The notes under the pieces were generated by a model. It did no database searches. It saw only the letters and a program-made list of their open reading frames with translations, and was not told the DNA's origin. Shown here one piece after another: positions 18,401 through 26,377 of a DNA stretch of 64,000 nt. The stretch is from contig JANOVM010000057.1 in NCBI GenBank assembly GCA_031417395.1, forward strand, positions 18,078 through 82,077. The letters are read 5' to 3'. Made by a program: the position numbers and the translations under genes. Positions within the stretch are counted from its first letter, which is position 1. Every line of letters starts with the position of its first letter. This DNA comes from Bacteroidota bacterium. GTDB taxonomy: Bacteria > Bacteroidota > Bacteroidia > AKYH767-A > 2013-40CM-41-45.

Positions 18401-18910
18401 TTCACTCAGTTGACAGAACAAAGCAATGCGCAGCAATTGGTCAGCCAGATCAATTATTATTACAGCGCATTCGATAGTATAATTTCCAAATATGCAATTG
18501 AAAAAATAAAAACGATTGGAGACAGTTACATGTGTGCCGGCGGACTTCCTGTTGAAAATAAAACCAACCCTCAGGATACAATTATGGCTGCATTGGAAAT
18601 CAGGAATTTTGTTTTAAAAGAAAAGGAAATCAGGCAAAAAACAGGTCAAATATTTTTTGAAATTAGAATTGGCCTTCATACGGGGCCCGTTGTAGCCGGA
18701 ATTGTTGGTGTCAAGAAATATGCTTATGACATTTGGGGCGATACTGTCAACGTAGCTAAACGCATGGAAAGCAGCAGCGAGCCGGGGAAAGTAAATGTTT
18801 CCGGCAGCACATATGAATTGGTAAAAGATAAATTTAAATTTTCTTACCGCGGAAAGGTTCAGATAAAAAACAAAAACGATCTGGACATGTATTTTGTGGA
18901 TAATATGTAA
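15479..18910 (+). CDS. sensor protein: periplasmic two-component-regulator propeller repeats, single TM helix, coiled coil and a class III adenylate/guanylate cyclase domain
   Basis: About 14 repeats of the type GL..N.V..I.EDK.GNIWFGT.GGGLS.YDG.SF (Reg_prop). TM helix WWAYTMYVVIFLALFIGYI. The cyclase motifs VLFTDFRNFT, IKTIGDSYMCAGGLP and YDIWGDTVNVAKRMES are present, including both metal-binding Asp residues. Confidence 0.8.
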   Translation: MQKYFSRHFIGIYFLLFIVCCSPDHQQSSVYTSKTDSIVPPVRIVAGKPVVIKTDTCPPPRCIVIPEKPFNYPTKIAGVTKFIKLLQPIKKPVDFSIALQNFNTDKGLALSSVLSSCKDRNGNLWFGTDGGGVSRYDGKSFTNFTLGHGLGHNSVYCIHEDKKGNIWFGTNGGGLSKYDGKSFVTFTVAQGLSSNAVHSLIETKDNRLWIGTEKGVSIYDGKSFIRFNASTELDSCEVDCMTEDSNGTIWFGTNEHGAFKFTGDSCIHFTANNGLADNNVRSIIQDSSIIWLGCESGLVKYKDKLFSTITTKEGLRDNNINCIHKDNQQNIWVGNSGGINKYDGHSFKTIATNENLLNSEVYCITEDNSGNLWFGTYGGGLFLYSNSGCTTSNNLAGNVVNNIIEDKAGNIWFGTDGGVTRNDGKIFTSYSISQGLADNRVLSIAEDSAGLLWFGTYGRGVSSYDGKCFTTFTTDNGLVDNTVWVITKDLSNNIWMGTNGGVSKYKNGVFTNYNTNTGLSNNKIRCITPDNFGNIWFGTDGGGVCYFNGKTFTNFTTKQGLANNSIYCITKDQTGNLWFGTAGGGISILSVDILNKLTSYENRGLDKFEQRDQIFKNFTTEDGLANDVVYDIVENKQGDVIIGTNEGFTVLNGGYDSIKKTAAKKGITYLNQKTGYPIKDININALYMDSIGIIWAGTGDKLIRFDFNSILKPNSKPTVVIQNIKLNNQNISWYDLERSKGKNESFELDSLTFPPNITEEAIVFGSSLSNAKRDSMRKTFDGVLFDSISRFYYLPINLVLPCIDNNITFDYAAIEPARPFLVRYQFMLVGFDKTWNPVTDRTHASFGNLFEGAYTFKLRAKSPEGIWSDDISYSFIILPPWYRTWWAYTMYVVIFLALFIGYIRWRLFDLKREKEILEEKVALRTSELKKENERAESLLLNILPHEIAEELKVTGTALPKEFEEVTVLFTDFRNFTQLTEQSNAQQLVSQINYYYSAFDSIISKYAIEKIKTIGDSYMCAGGLPVENKTNPQDTIMAALEIRNFVLKEKEIRQKTGQIFFEIRIGLHTGPVVAGIVGVKKYAYDIWGDTVNVAKRMESSSEPGKVNVSGSTYELVKDKFKFSYRGKVQIKNKNDLDMYFVDNM

Positions 18911-19090
18911 ATTTAAATCAATCCTTGATACTTTTACTAATCTTCCAGAGCGTAAGCATTTCCAAAATATAAATATATATGAAACCGCTTTTAACAATTT
19001 ATAACCTGAGCTCTTAGGAAAAATAAATCTGGAAAATATTATTACTATTGAAATAATTTTACTCAAAGCATTGAATTTTCAAATTTTGAA

Positions 19091-19195
19091 AATTATGAAA
19101 TCTTAATGTTAGAAGAAGAGGAAATTCTTTTGAATGAAGGAAAATATCATAATGGGAAGGGTTCTGTGATAAGATTTGTTGGAAGAAAAAAATAG
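19091..19195 (+). pseudogene. orphan duplicate of the 3' end of the methyltransferase gene (matches 12461-12568)
   Basis: About 94% nucleotide identity over ~105 bp to the last 35 codons of the 11957-12568 gene. It encodes ...[35 protein letters not shown] with no upstream gene body. Confidence 0.6.
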
Positions 19196-19256
19196 ATCAC
19201 TCTTAACAGCAATATTATTATATTTTTGTCTAACTTTCTCAAATCAATTTCCGCTT

Positions 19257-21212
19257 ATGCAAAAAAAAAGTAATAGGAATATTTCGCCGAAGAAACCTGT
19301 TGCTTCAAATCAACCGGCAAATAAGGAAGAGAGAAAGAACAATCTGATTCCAATCATTATTCTGGTTTTAGTAACAATTATATGTTTTTCCAATTCCCTG
19401 AACAATGATTTTACCAATTGGGATGATCCCGGATATGTAATCGATAATCCTCTAGTAAAGAGTTTGTCATCCGGCAATATCAAAGAAATGTTTAAAACAC
19501 CGGTACAGGGAAATTATCATCCGCTAACCATATTATCACTGGCGCTAGACTACAAGGTAAATCAGCTAAATCCTTTCGGATATCATTTTTCGAATTTGTT
19601 GTTTCATCTTCTTAATGTAATTCTCGCTTTTGTATTTGTACGGATGTTAACCGGACGAATGCTTATTGCATTTATTGTGGCATTGTTTTTTGGAATCCAT
19701 CCCATGCATGTCGAATCAGTTTCCTGGATCTCTGAGCGAAAGGATGTTTTATACGTATTGTGGTATCTCGCTTCGCTATGTACATGGCTATTCATGTTGA
19801 GAACACAGAGGAATCAGACTATTTATTATTCATTGACAGTTATCTTTTTCATTTTCTCTTTACTTTCAAAGGCACAGGCTGTCACCTTACCATTGGTTTT
19901 ATTATTGATCGATTATTTTAAAGAGAGAAAATTAAGTAAGAAATTAATTTTGGAGAAACTTCCTTTTTTCCTGATAGCCATAGTTATGGGTGTAATAGCT
20001 TTGAAGGCTCAGAAGATGTCGGGCGCTATTGCAGAAATGCCGGCAATTAATCTTTACGAAAGATTTCTGTTTGCCTCATATGCATTTATTATATATGTAT
20101 ATAAATTATTCTTACCGTTTAATTTATCAACGTACTATCCGTATCCCGAAAAAACAGGAAATTCTTTTCCGACAATTTTTTATATAGCTCCAATTTTGTT
20201 ATTGGGTTTAATATTTATTGTAGTTAAGTATTTCAGTAAAAATAAATCGTTTGTTTTTGGATTTGTTTTTTTTATTCTTAATATCATCCTTCTGTTGCAA
20301 ATACTTCCCGTTGGTTCCTCTATACTATCTGAAAGATATACTTACCTGGCATATATAGGGCTCTTCTTTATTATCGGATATTTATTTGACAAAGTTTGGT
20401 ATTCAAAAGTCAAAAACGAATCGAAGTATAAATATTTATTTGCCGGCGGAATATTCCTGTTTGCAATTTTCCTTTCAGTGAATACAGTTGCCAGAAATAA
20501 AGTGTGGAAGAACAGTGAAACCTTGTGGACAGATGTGCTCAACCAATTTCCAAGAGTTGTTATCGCTTTATGCGATCGCGGCAATTATTACAAAGCAAAG
20601 GATAAGGAGGATTTGGCATTTGCAGATTTTGACAGGGCATTACAAATTAATCCCGATCATGTGGAAACACTTATTAATCGTGCAGAGATCTACCGACTTC
20701 GTGGACAACTGGAACTATCTCTAGCCGATTGTAACAGGGCTATTAATGTGAATCCTAAATACAATGGAGCTTATGTAAATCGCGGCATTGTGTATTGCAT
20801 GACTTCCAGGCTTGATGATGCAATGATGGATTTCAACAAAGCAGCTTTACTCGATCCTAATTTTTCAAGTACCTATTGCGATCGCGGTAACTTGTATGAC
20901 ATGAAAGGTATGCTCGACTCCGCTATCATAGACTATACAAAAGCAATTCAATTGAAGCCTGATTATGCCGAAGCATTTTATAATCGGGGCAAGACCTATT
21001 TTAGAAAGCAAGAATTTGATGCTGCATTGAATGATTTCAATGCTGCATTAAAAATTAGGAAGAATTATTTCGGTGTGTATTTTTATCGCTCTAAGGTTTA
21101 TAAAGCCAGGAAAGATTATCAAAATGCACTCAACGACGCTCTATATATTAAAGAAAGCGGACAGCCAATCGATGAAAATTATATTGTTGAATTACGTAAT
21201 TTGTTGCAATAA
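19257..21212 (+). CDS. TMTC/PMT-like GT-C membrane glycosyltransferase fused to C-terminal TPR repeats
   Basis: About 11 TM helices carrying a NWDDPGYVIDNPLV-type motif (DUF1736/TMTC-like). At least six C-terminal TPR units (AFADFDRALQINPDH..., YVNRGIVY..., FYNRGKTY...). The ORF track starts at a TTG at 19176. ATG 19257 (MQKKSNRN...) is the more plausible start. Confidence 0.6.
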   Translation: MQKKSNRNISPKKPVASNQPANKEERKNNLIPIIILVLVTIICFSNSLNNDFTNWDDPGYVIDNPLVKSLSSGNIKEMFKTPVQGNYHPLTILSLALDYKVNQLNPFGYHFSNLLFHLLNVILAFVFVRMLTGRMLIAFIVALFFGIHPMHVESVSWISERKDVLYVLWYLASLCTWLFMLRTQRNQTIYYSLTVIFFIFSLLSKAQAVTLPLVLLLIDYFKERKLSKKLILEKLPFFLIAIVMGVIALKAQKMSGAIAEMPAINLYERFLFASYAFIIYVYKLFLPFNLSTYYPYPEKTGNSFPTIFYIAPILLLGLIFIVVKYFSKNKSFVFGFVFFILNIILLLQILPVGSSILSERYTYLAYIGLFFIIGYLFDKVWYSKVKNESKYKYLFAGGIFLFAIFLSVNTVARNKVWKNSETLWTDVLNQFPRVVIALCDRGNYYKAKDKEDLAFADFDRALQINPDHVETLINRAEIYRLRGQLELSLADCNRAINVNPKYNGAYVNRGIVYCMTSRLDDAMMDFNKAALLDPNFSSTYCDRGNLYDMKGMLDSAIIDYTKAIQLKPDYAEAFYNRGKTYFRKQEFDAALNDFNAALKIRKNYFGVYFYRSKVYKARKDYQNALNDALYIKESGQPIDENYIVELRNLLQ

Positions 21213-21229
21213 ATCAGCTATTAATAAAA

Positions 21230-22057
21230 ATGACTAATAGAATAGAGCAATTTAAAAAGGATGGGTATTTAATTCTTGATGGATTTAATACCGACCGGGA
21301 GTGTGACGATTTAATGAAACAAGCTGCTAAATTAGTAGCCGGCTTTAATTATGACGGTCACCCATCCGTTTTTCAAACAGATGATCAGACAAAAACGTCC
21401 GATGAGTATTTTCTTAACTCCGGTGATCGCATTTCATTCTTTTTTGAAAAGAACGCTTTTGATTCAAAGGGAAATCTTAAGAATGATTTATTCCACTCCC
21501 TTAATAAAATCGGACATGCTTTGCATGATATAGATCCTGTATTTAACCGGTTCTCAAGATCTGTTCAAATGAAAAAATTAGCCTCTGATCTTAACTTAAG
21601 CGATGCAGTAGTTATACAAAGCATGTACATTTTTAAACATGCCGGAATTGGTGGAAAAGTGGACGTACATCAAGATGCAAGTTTTTTATATACTGAACCA
21701 CAATCCTGCATTGGATTTTGGTTTGCTTTAGAAGATGCAACAAGGGAAAATGGCTGTTTGTGGGCTATGCCGGGAGGACATCGGACAGCATTGCGTTCAT
21801 GGTTCCGGAGAAAAGAAGGCGGCGGAACGGAGAATGTTACATTAAATAATGAATCAATATCAATAGAGAATATGAAAGCACTGGAAGTTAAAAAGGGAGC
21901 TTGCATAGTACTTGATGGATTGCTGCCTCATTATAGTTTACCTAATACCGGCAACAAATCAAGACAGGCATATTCAATCCATACTATAAATAAAAATTAC
22001 AATTATCCTTTGGAAAACTGGCTTCATCGGAAGGCCGGTGAGCTTTCAGGTATTTAG
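21230..22057 (+). CDS. phytanoyl-CoA dioxygenase (PhyH) family Fe(II)/2-oxoglutarate oxygenase
   Basis: HQD facial-triad motif (VDVHQDASFLYTEP) and a distal His (WAMPGGHR). The size and motif order are typical of the PhyH family. Confidence 0.7.
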   Translation: MTNRIEQFKKDGYLILDGFNTDRECDDLMKQAAKLVAGFNYDGHPSVFQTDDQTKTSDEYFLNSGDRISFFFEKNAFDSKGNLKNDLFHSLNKIGHALHDIDPVFNRFSRSVQMKKLASDLNLSDAVVIQSMYIFKHAGIGGKVDVHQDASFLYTEPQSCIGFWFALEDATRENGCLWAMPGGHRTALRSWFRRKEGGGTENVTLNNESISIENMKALEVKKGACIVLDGLLPHYSLPNTGNKSRQAYSIHTINKNYNYPLENWLHRKAGELSGI

Positions 22058-22083
22058 CTTAGGAATTTAGTAAAGGCTTATTA

Positions 22084-23628
22084 TTAATTAATGTTACATT
22101 CTTTATCCAGCACTTGTACAGTCCTTATATAAAATTCATGAGCTTCTTCCACTGTTTTGCCAATGCAAACAACTCCTAGTTTTCCATATTGTGACAATGC
22201 ACCAATCATGTGAAACATTACGCCGGTTTGTTTCGAACTATCGTATAGAATGTGATTGCAGATGGCAATGTCGATTAAATCTTGCGGTGTAAGTCCAATA
22301 TATTTTTCATTCACTAAATTATCTGAAGCAAAATAGCAGCGCTTTTCTCCGTTGGACATTTTATAAATTCCTTCCTTCCAGTTAAAATCGCCATCCGTTA
22401 AAAACTTAAGCATAATAAAAGGATGTGTAGTGCCGCCTTTTCGTAAATTAATTTCAATAGCATAATGTTTCCAGCCTACCGGTTGTTTAACCGATAAAAA
22501 GTCAATACTGAACCTGCCTAATACACCTAAGCGTTGCATTTCAAAGGAAATGGCTTGAGCCATCATTGCAATTTCTGTATTATATCTTATGTTGGCCGGA
22601 AAAGTAGCTCCAAGAAAGACTTGTCCGCTTTCGCCGCCCAGCAGTTGATCGTGTGTCGATATAATTTCAGGTTCGCCAAGCGGATTTATCCTGCATTGCA
22701 CGGAAGGTGATTCTTTGTATTCGCCTTCGATAAACTCTTCTACAATGCCACCCATGCTGGTAAACTTTTCAATAAATATCTCATAGCTTAATTGATTTGC
22801 GATAATTAATAAGTTACCGGGTAATTTTTTTAGAATTTCAGCAGCTAAATTATTTTGTGATCCGTCAACGATAGAATAATTAAATATGGCATTTCCTTCT
22901 CCGGAAAATCCGTCATTCATCTTTACAACTGCTTTGCGCAATATTGGATTGTTTATTTTTAATTGTGCCAGGGCAAGAGCGATATCGTTTTCGTTTTGCA
23001 GCGATTCAAAACCGACCGCTAATGGAATGTTTAATCTTTTAAATATTTCACGACTTCCTTTTTTTGTACCCAGATATAAAAGTTTGGGGTCGCACCCAAA
23101 AATTGGAATATTCAAAGCAAGCGAAAGTTGTTTTTCGTATTCAGTAACATTGAAAGAAGCCATGTGAGCCAGTTGGGGAAATTTAATGGCTTGTCTAATT
23201 CTTTTGATTAAGCGCGGACGTTCAAGAATTTTTTCGGTAAGGGATCTGGAAGATGCATCGTAGCAGCTCAAAATCGTTAACCGCTGGCGTGCATGATAAC
23301 CGGTTATGCCGGGCAATAGATGAAGGTAATAATCGATAATGCTGTTGTCTATCGGCACACTGGTAATGTAAATAACCTGCGTTCGAGGCATACGCAATAA
23401 CATAAGCATGCATAGCATTCTTTCTTCATAATGAAAAACACCTTTTATGGATTTTATAATTTCCTGGTCAAGCGTAAGGCTGGGAATAATAACTACTGTT
23501 TTTTCAGCCATGTCATCCAAAAAGATTTCATAGAAATGTTTTTTAAATCTTTCCTGAAGTAAATCAAAAGCTGAATTAGCCTGACTGAAATGATAATGAG
23601 TCATAGGAGTCGTATTAATTGTATCCAT
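22084..23628 (-). CDS. ATP-grasp superfamily protein, PGM1-like peptide ligase architecture (pre-ATP-grasp plus ATP-grasp)
   Basis: The N-terminal region VVIIPSLTLDQEII...HYEER resembles the pre-ATP-grasp domain of PGM1-type ligases. The central Gly-rich ATP-grasp-like stretch is VVKMNDGFSGEGNAIF...IEEFIEGE. Confidence 0.45.
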   Translation of the reverse strand: MDTINTTPMTHYHFSQANSAFDLLQERFKKHFYEIFLDDMAEKTVVIIPSLTLDQEIIKSIKGVFHYEERMLCMLMLLRMPRTQVIYITSVPIDNSIIDYYLHLLPGITGYHARQRLTILSCYDASSRSLTEKILERPRLIKRIRQAIKFPQLAHMASFNVTEYEKQLSLALNIPIFGCDPKLLYLGTKKGSREIFKRLNIPLAVGFESLQNENDIALALAQLKINNPILRKAVVKMNDGFSGEGNAIFNYSIVDGSQNNLAAEILKKLPGNLLIIANQLSYEIFIEKFTSMGGIVEEFIEGEYKESPSVQCRINPLGEPEIISTHDQLLGGESGQVFLGATFPANIRYNTEIAMMAQAISFEMQRLGVLGRFSIDFLSVKQPVGWKHYAIEINLRKGGTTHPFIMLKFLTDGDFNWKEGIYKMSNGEKRCYFASDNLVNEKYIGLTPQDLIDIAICNHILYDSSKQTGVMFHMIGALSQYGKLGVVCIGKTVEEAHEFYIRTVQVLDKECNIN

Positions 23629-23971
23629 AAGATATAATTTAATAAGGAAAGGTAGTATTTTCTCTTGAAATTTTATATTGAATGCATTTTATTTTTTAAT
23701 TTAATTTACCGGCAAACATGGAAAAGTTAGTCAACGCCCGCCTTCCTATATAACTTCGAATTTAGCCGGCTATAGCCATCGGAATCATCCTTTGTGTTGG
23801 GGCTTTGCATATTCATCTGCTTTAAATGTCTAATGCAATTTCAATAGAAAATTTACTTCAATAGCCTAAATTTATTCAAGGATAACAATCGACAAAAATC
23901 GTTAAGCATATTTGAACAACCCAAGAAGTACCTTGAAAAAAGGCAATGAAACATAGGATTAAATAAAGGAA

Positions 23972-24006
23972 GCAAAAAATCCTGCAGACACACTGCAGGA
24001 TTTTAG
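23972..24006 (-). terminator. intrinsic terminator after the His/Gly-rich lipoprotein gene
   Basis: aaaatcctgcag-tgtgtc-ctgcaggatttttt on the minus strand: a perfect 11-bp stem followed by a T-run. Confidence 0.6.
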
Positions 24007-24025
24007 AAAACAGGATAAAGTGATC

Positions 24026-24805
24026 TTACTGTTCACAAATAACAGTTCCGTCATCCGCTAAAAGAACTCTTTTATGTGTTGTTCCATTGAAAAGGTAAAC
24101 TCCATATTGAATTTGTCCGTTTGCCAGAGTGTATTTTTGACTTTTATGTCTGGGTGTATAACCGGGATAATTTGCTGTAATAGTCGCTTGCACTGCAGCC
24201 GGTGTAGTTGAGTATTCAATTCTTGAAGCACTCATGAGATAATTTCCTGCTGCATCAAATATCAATTTAACAGGTTCAACGCCTGTTGTGCGGATAATTA
24301 CTTCAATTATATTGCCTGCTGAACAGGAAGAATCTTTTTCTGCATGTAAAATCTGGTAACCCGGATAGTTAGTTGAAATGTAGCCGGTAACAGTTGAAGA
24401 AAGGGAATCAAGAGGAATTTCATCAAAGTTGCCGTGCTCAAAACCATGACAATGACCTCCGCCGTTTCCATGTCCTCCATGGTGTCCATTACCTCCACCA
24501 TGTCCATGACCACCCTGGTGACCATGACCTAAATGAAAAATCTCGCCTTGTCCAAGATAATTATCACTAGTGTTGAAAGCGAGTTCTTCAGTGGTATTAA
24601 GCGTTACAATTGTTTTTGCTGTATTATTAGTTATTGAAACAGCACTGGCAATAAAAGCATCAGGATAATTGTTCTCTACATAACTAACGATTCTTTCGGG
24701 TACCTGGTTAACTGCTAGGTCCTGTTCGGTTGCAGTACTGTTTTCTTTGCTGCAAGAGCTAATAAATAAGGATAATGCAATAAATGCAATTTTGTGGATT
24801 TTCAT
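24026..24805 (-). CDS. lipoprotein with a His/Gly-rich metal-binding tract and PepSY-like (BLIP-like) repeats
   Basis: Signal plus SSCSK lipobox. The tract HLGHGHQGGHGHGGGNGHHGGHGNGGGHCHGFEHG. Flanking repeats of the form ...FDAAGNYL... are typical of DUF2874/PepSY-like domains. Confidence 0.45.
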   Translation of the reverse strand: MKIHKIAFIALSLFISSCSKENSTATEQDLAVNQVPERIVSYVENNYPDAFIASAVSITNNTAKTIVTLNTTEELAFNTSDNYLGQGEIFHLGHGHQGGHGHGGGNGHHGGHGNGGGHCHGFEHGNFDEIPLDSLSSTVTGYISTNYPGYQILHAEKDSSCSAGNIIEVIIRTTGVEPVKLIFDAAGNYLMSASRIEYSTTPAAVQATITANYPGYTPRHKSQKYTLANGQIQYGVYLFNGTTHKRVLLADDGTVICEQ

Positions 24806-25070
24806 TTCTTTTTGTTTTTTTTAGTTTATTTGAATAAAGAATGGATAATCAATACACTTCAATCGTTGTTTTTAAATTTCATTTACTACGAAACGTGCTT
24901 TGAACTATAAGATAGTATCATGCATTAAAAGGTTGGGTAGAAATATTTAGGTAAATTGCCTGAAAAACCTTACAATTACATATTAGAAGTAGAAAATGGA
25001 GTGTATTATTTAAGGTTTAACAGTACTAAAAAATTCTAACATTTTAATATTTAATAACAATCGATAAATC

Positions 25071-25682
25071 ATGAAGTACCTAATCTCTTTAATTTCATTT
25101 GCATTAATTTCATATACAGTTGATGCCAACATTCATATTGTTACCTGCCAGAATAACCCCGTACATTTTCTACCCGAAACATTTGCCTGCGAGGTTGGAG
25201 ACACCATTCAATGGACATGGGTAGCAGGAAATCATATTGTTGGCCCGATTGATCCCTCTTATATACCCGGCGGTGCGGCAATGTTTATTGCTCCTATTGA
25301 TGTCAACAATCAATCTTTTGAATATGTTGTAACTGTTATAGGGACTTATAATTATGATTGTCATCCAGCTACACCGCATGGTGAAACCGGTAGTTTTATT
25401 GTTTCCTCTGTAGCCGGAATACAAAACGATTTTTCATTAATTAATCTTACATCTGCTTATCCAAACCCTTCCGATGGGAAATTTCAATTTGTAATTGATA
25501 ATTCACTGCTTAATCAAAATTGTAAATTAAGGATTCTTGATTTTCAGGGGAAATTAATCTATCAATCAACAATTTCAAATGCAAAATCGAATATTGAATT
25601 AAGTAATATAATTAAAGGAACTTATTTTCTGGAATTTGATAATGGGGAGACTATTATCAATAAAAAAATAGCTATTCAATAG
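25071..25682 (+). CDS. secreted cupredoxin-like domain protein with T9SS C-terminal domain
   Basis: Signal peptide. IHIVTC...FLPETFACEVGDTIQWTWVAGNHIV plus ...YDCHPATPHGETGSFIV resembles a type-1 copper site (His...Cys..His). The C-terminus YPNPSDGKFQF...GTYFLEF is a T9SS CTD. Confidence 0.5.
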   Translation: MKYLISLISFALISYTVDANIHIVTCQNNPVHFLPETFACEVGDTIQWTWVAGNHIVGPIDPSYIPGGAAMFIAPIDVNNQSFEYVVTVIGTYNYDCHPATPHGETGSFIVSSVAGIQNDFSLINLTSAYPNPSDGKFQFVIDNSLLNQNCKLRILDFQGKLIYQSTISNAKSNIELSNIIKGTYFLEFDNGETIINKKIAIQ

Positions 25683-25760
25683 TATAAGAATATTAAACTA
25701 TTGAAAATCCTCGAATATTTTATTTACTAAAAATAAAATAATAACTTTAGATATCTTCTT

Positions 25761-26123
25761 ATGAAATCAACAATTAAAAAATCAATCTATTCTGGCGTAA
25801 TGGCATTTTCATTGATAATGCTAATTTCATTTACTTCTAAAAATTCTGAAACAATAGTTGTAAAGACTAACATTTATTGCGACCACTGCAAAGTATGCAG
25901 TAGTTGCGGCGGTAAAATTATTAAAGACCTGGGTTTTTCTAAAGGAATACAATTGGTCGAGCTCGATGAAGTAAAGATGACAATTACAATAACTTATAAT
26001 CCAAAGAAAACTTCACCGGAAGCAATCAGGCAAGCAATTTCAATGTATGGATATGATGCAGATTCTGTAAAGGCTGATTCTGCAGCCTATTCCAGGTTGG
26101 ATGAATGTTGTCATAAGAAATAA
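25761..26123 (+). CDS. membrane-anchored HMA-like (heavy-metal-associated fold) domain protein
   Basis: ETIVVKTNIYCDHCKVCSSCGGKI...IQLVELD...MTITITYNPKKTSPEAIRQAISMYGYDA follows the beta-alpha-beta-beta-alpha-beta HMA pattern, with a CxxC cluster and a C-terminal CCH. Confidence 0.45.
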   Translation: MKSTIKKSIYSGVMAFSLIMLISFTSKNSETIVVKTNIYCDHCKVCSSCGGKIIKDLGFSKGIQLVELDEVKMTITITYNPKKTSPEAIRQAISMYGYDADSVKADSAAYSRLDECCHKK

Positions 26124-26377
26124 CTTTTTTTTATTTCAAAGGATGGTTTAATGATTCCAATAGCAATTGGAGTATTAAAGTAATTATTAATTTATTACAT
26201 TTTTTTTTTGTAAATGTTGAGTGCTATCGTCCAAATAGACAAGAATGAAACACAAGGATCAAATCGTTTCTATATTTTTTCGAATCAGATTATAGTTGGA
26301 TTGATAATAACAAAAAGGATGTAATTCTCATAGAAGGTTTTGTGAAATACAAATATAGAAAAGAGGATCCCCAGTTT

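Noticed and set aside
19176-19256. The ORF-track start of the TPR-glycosyltransferase at 19176 (TTG), which would make it overlap the duplicated methyltransferase fragment
   Set aside because: The extension is in a different frame from the fragment and has no ATG. The ATG at 19257 (MQKKSNRN..., followed by a hydrophobic TM segment) is the more plausible start.
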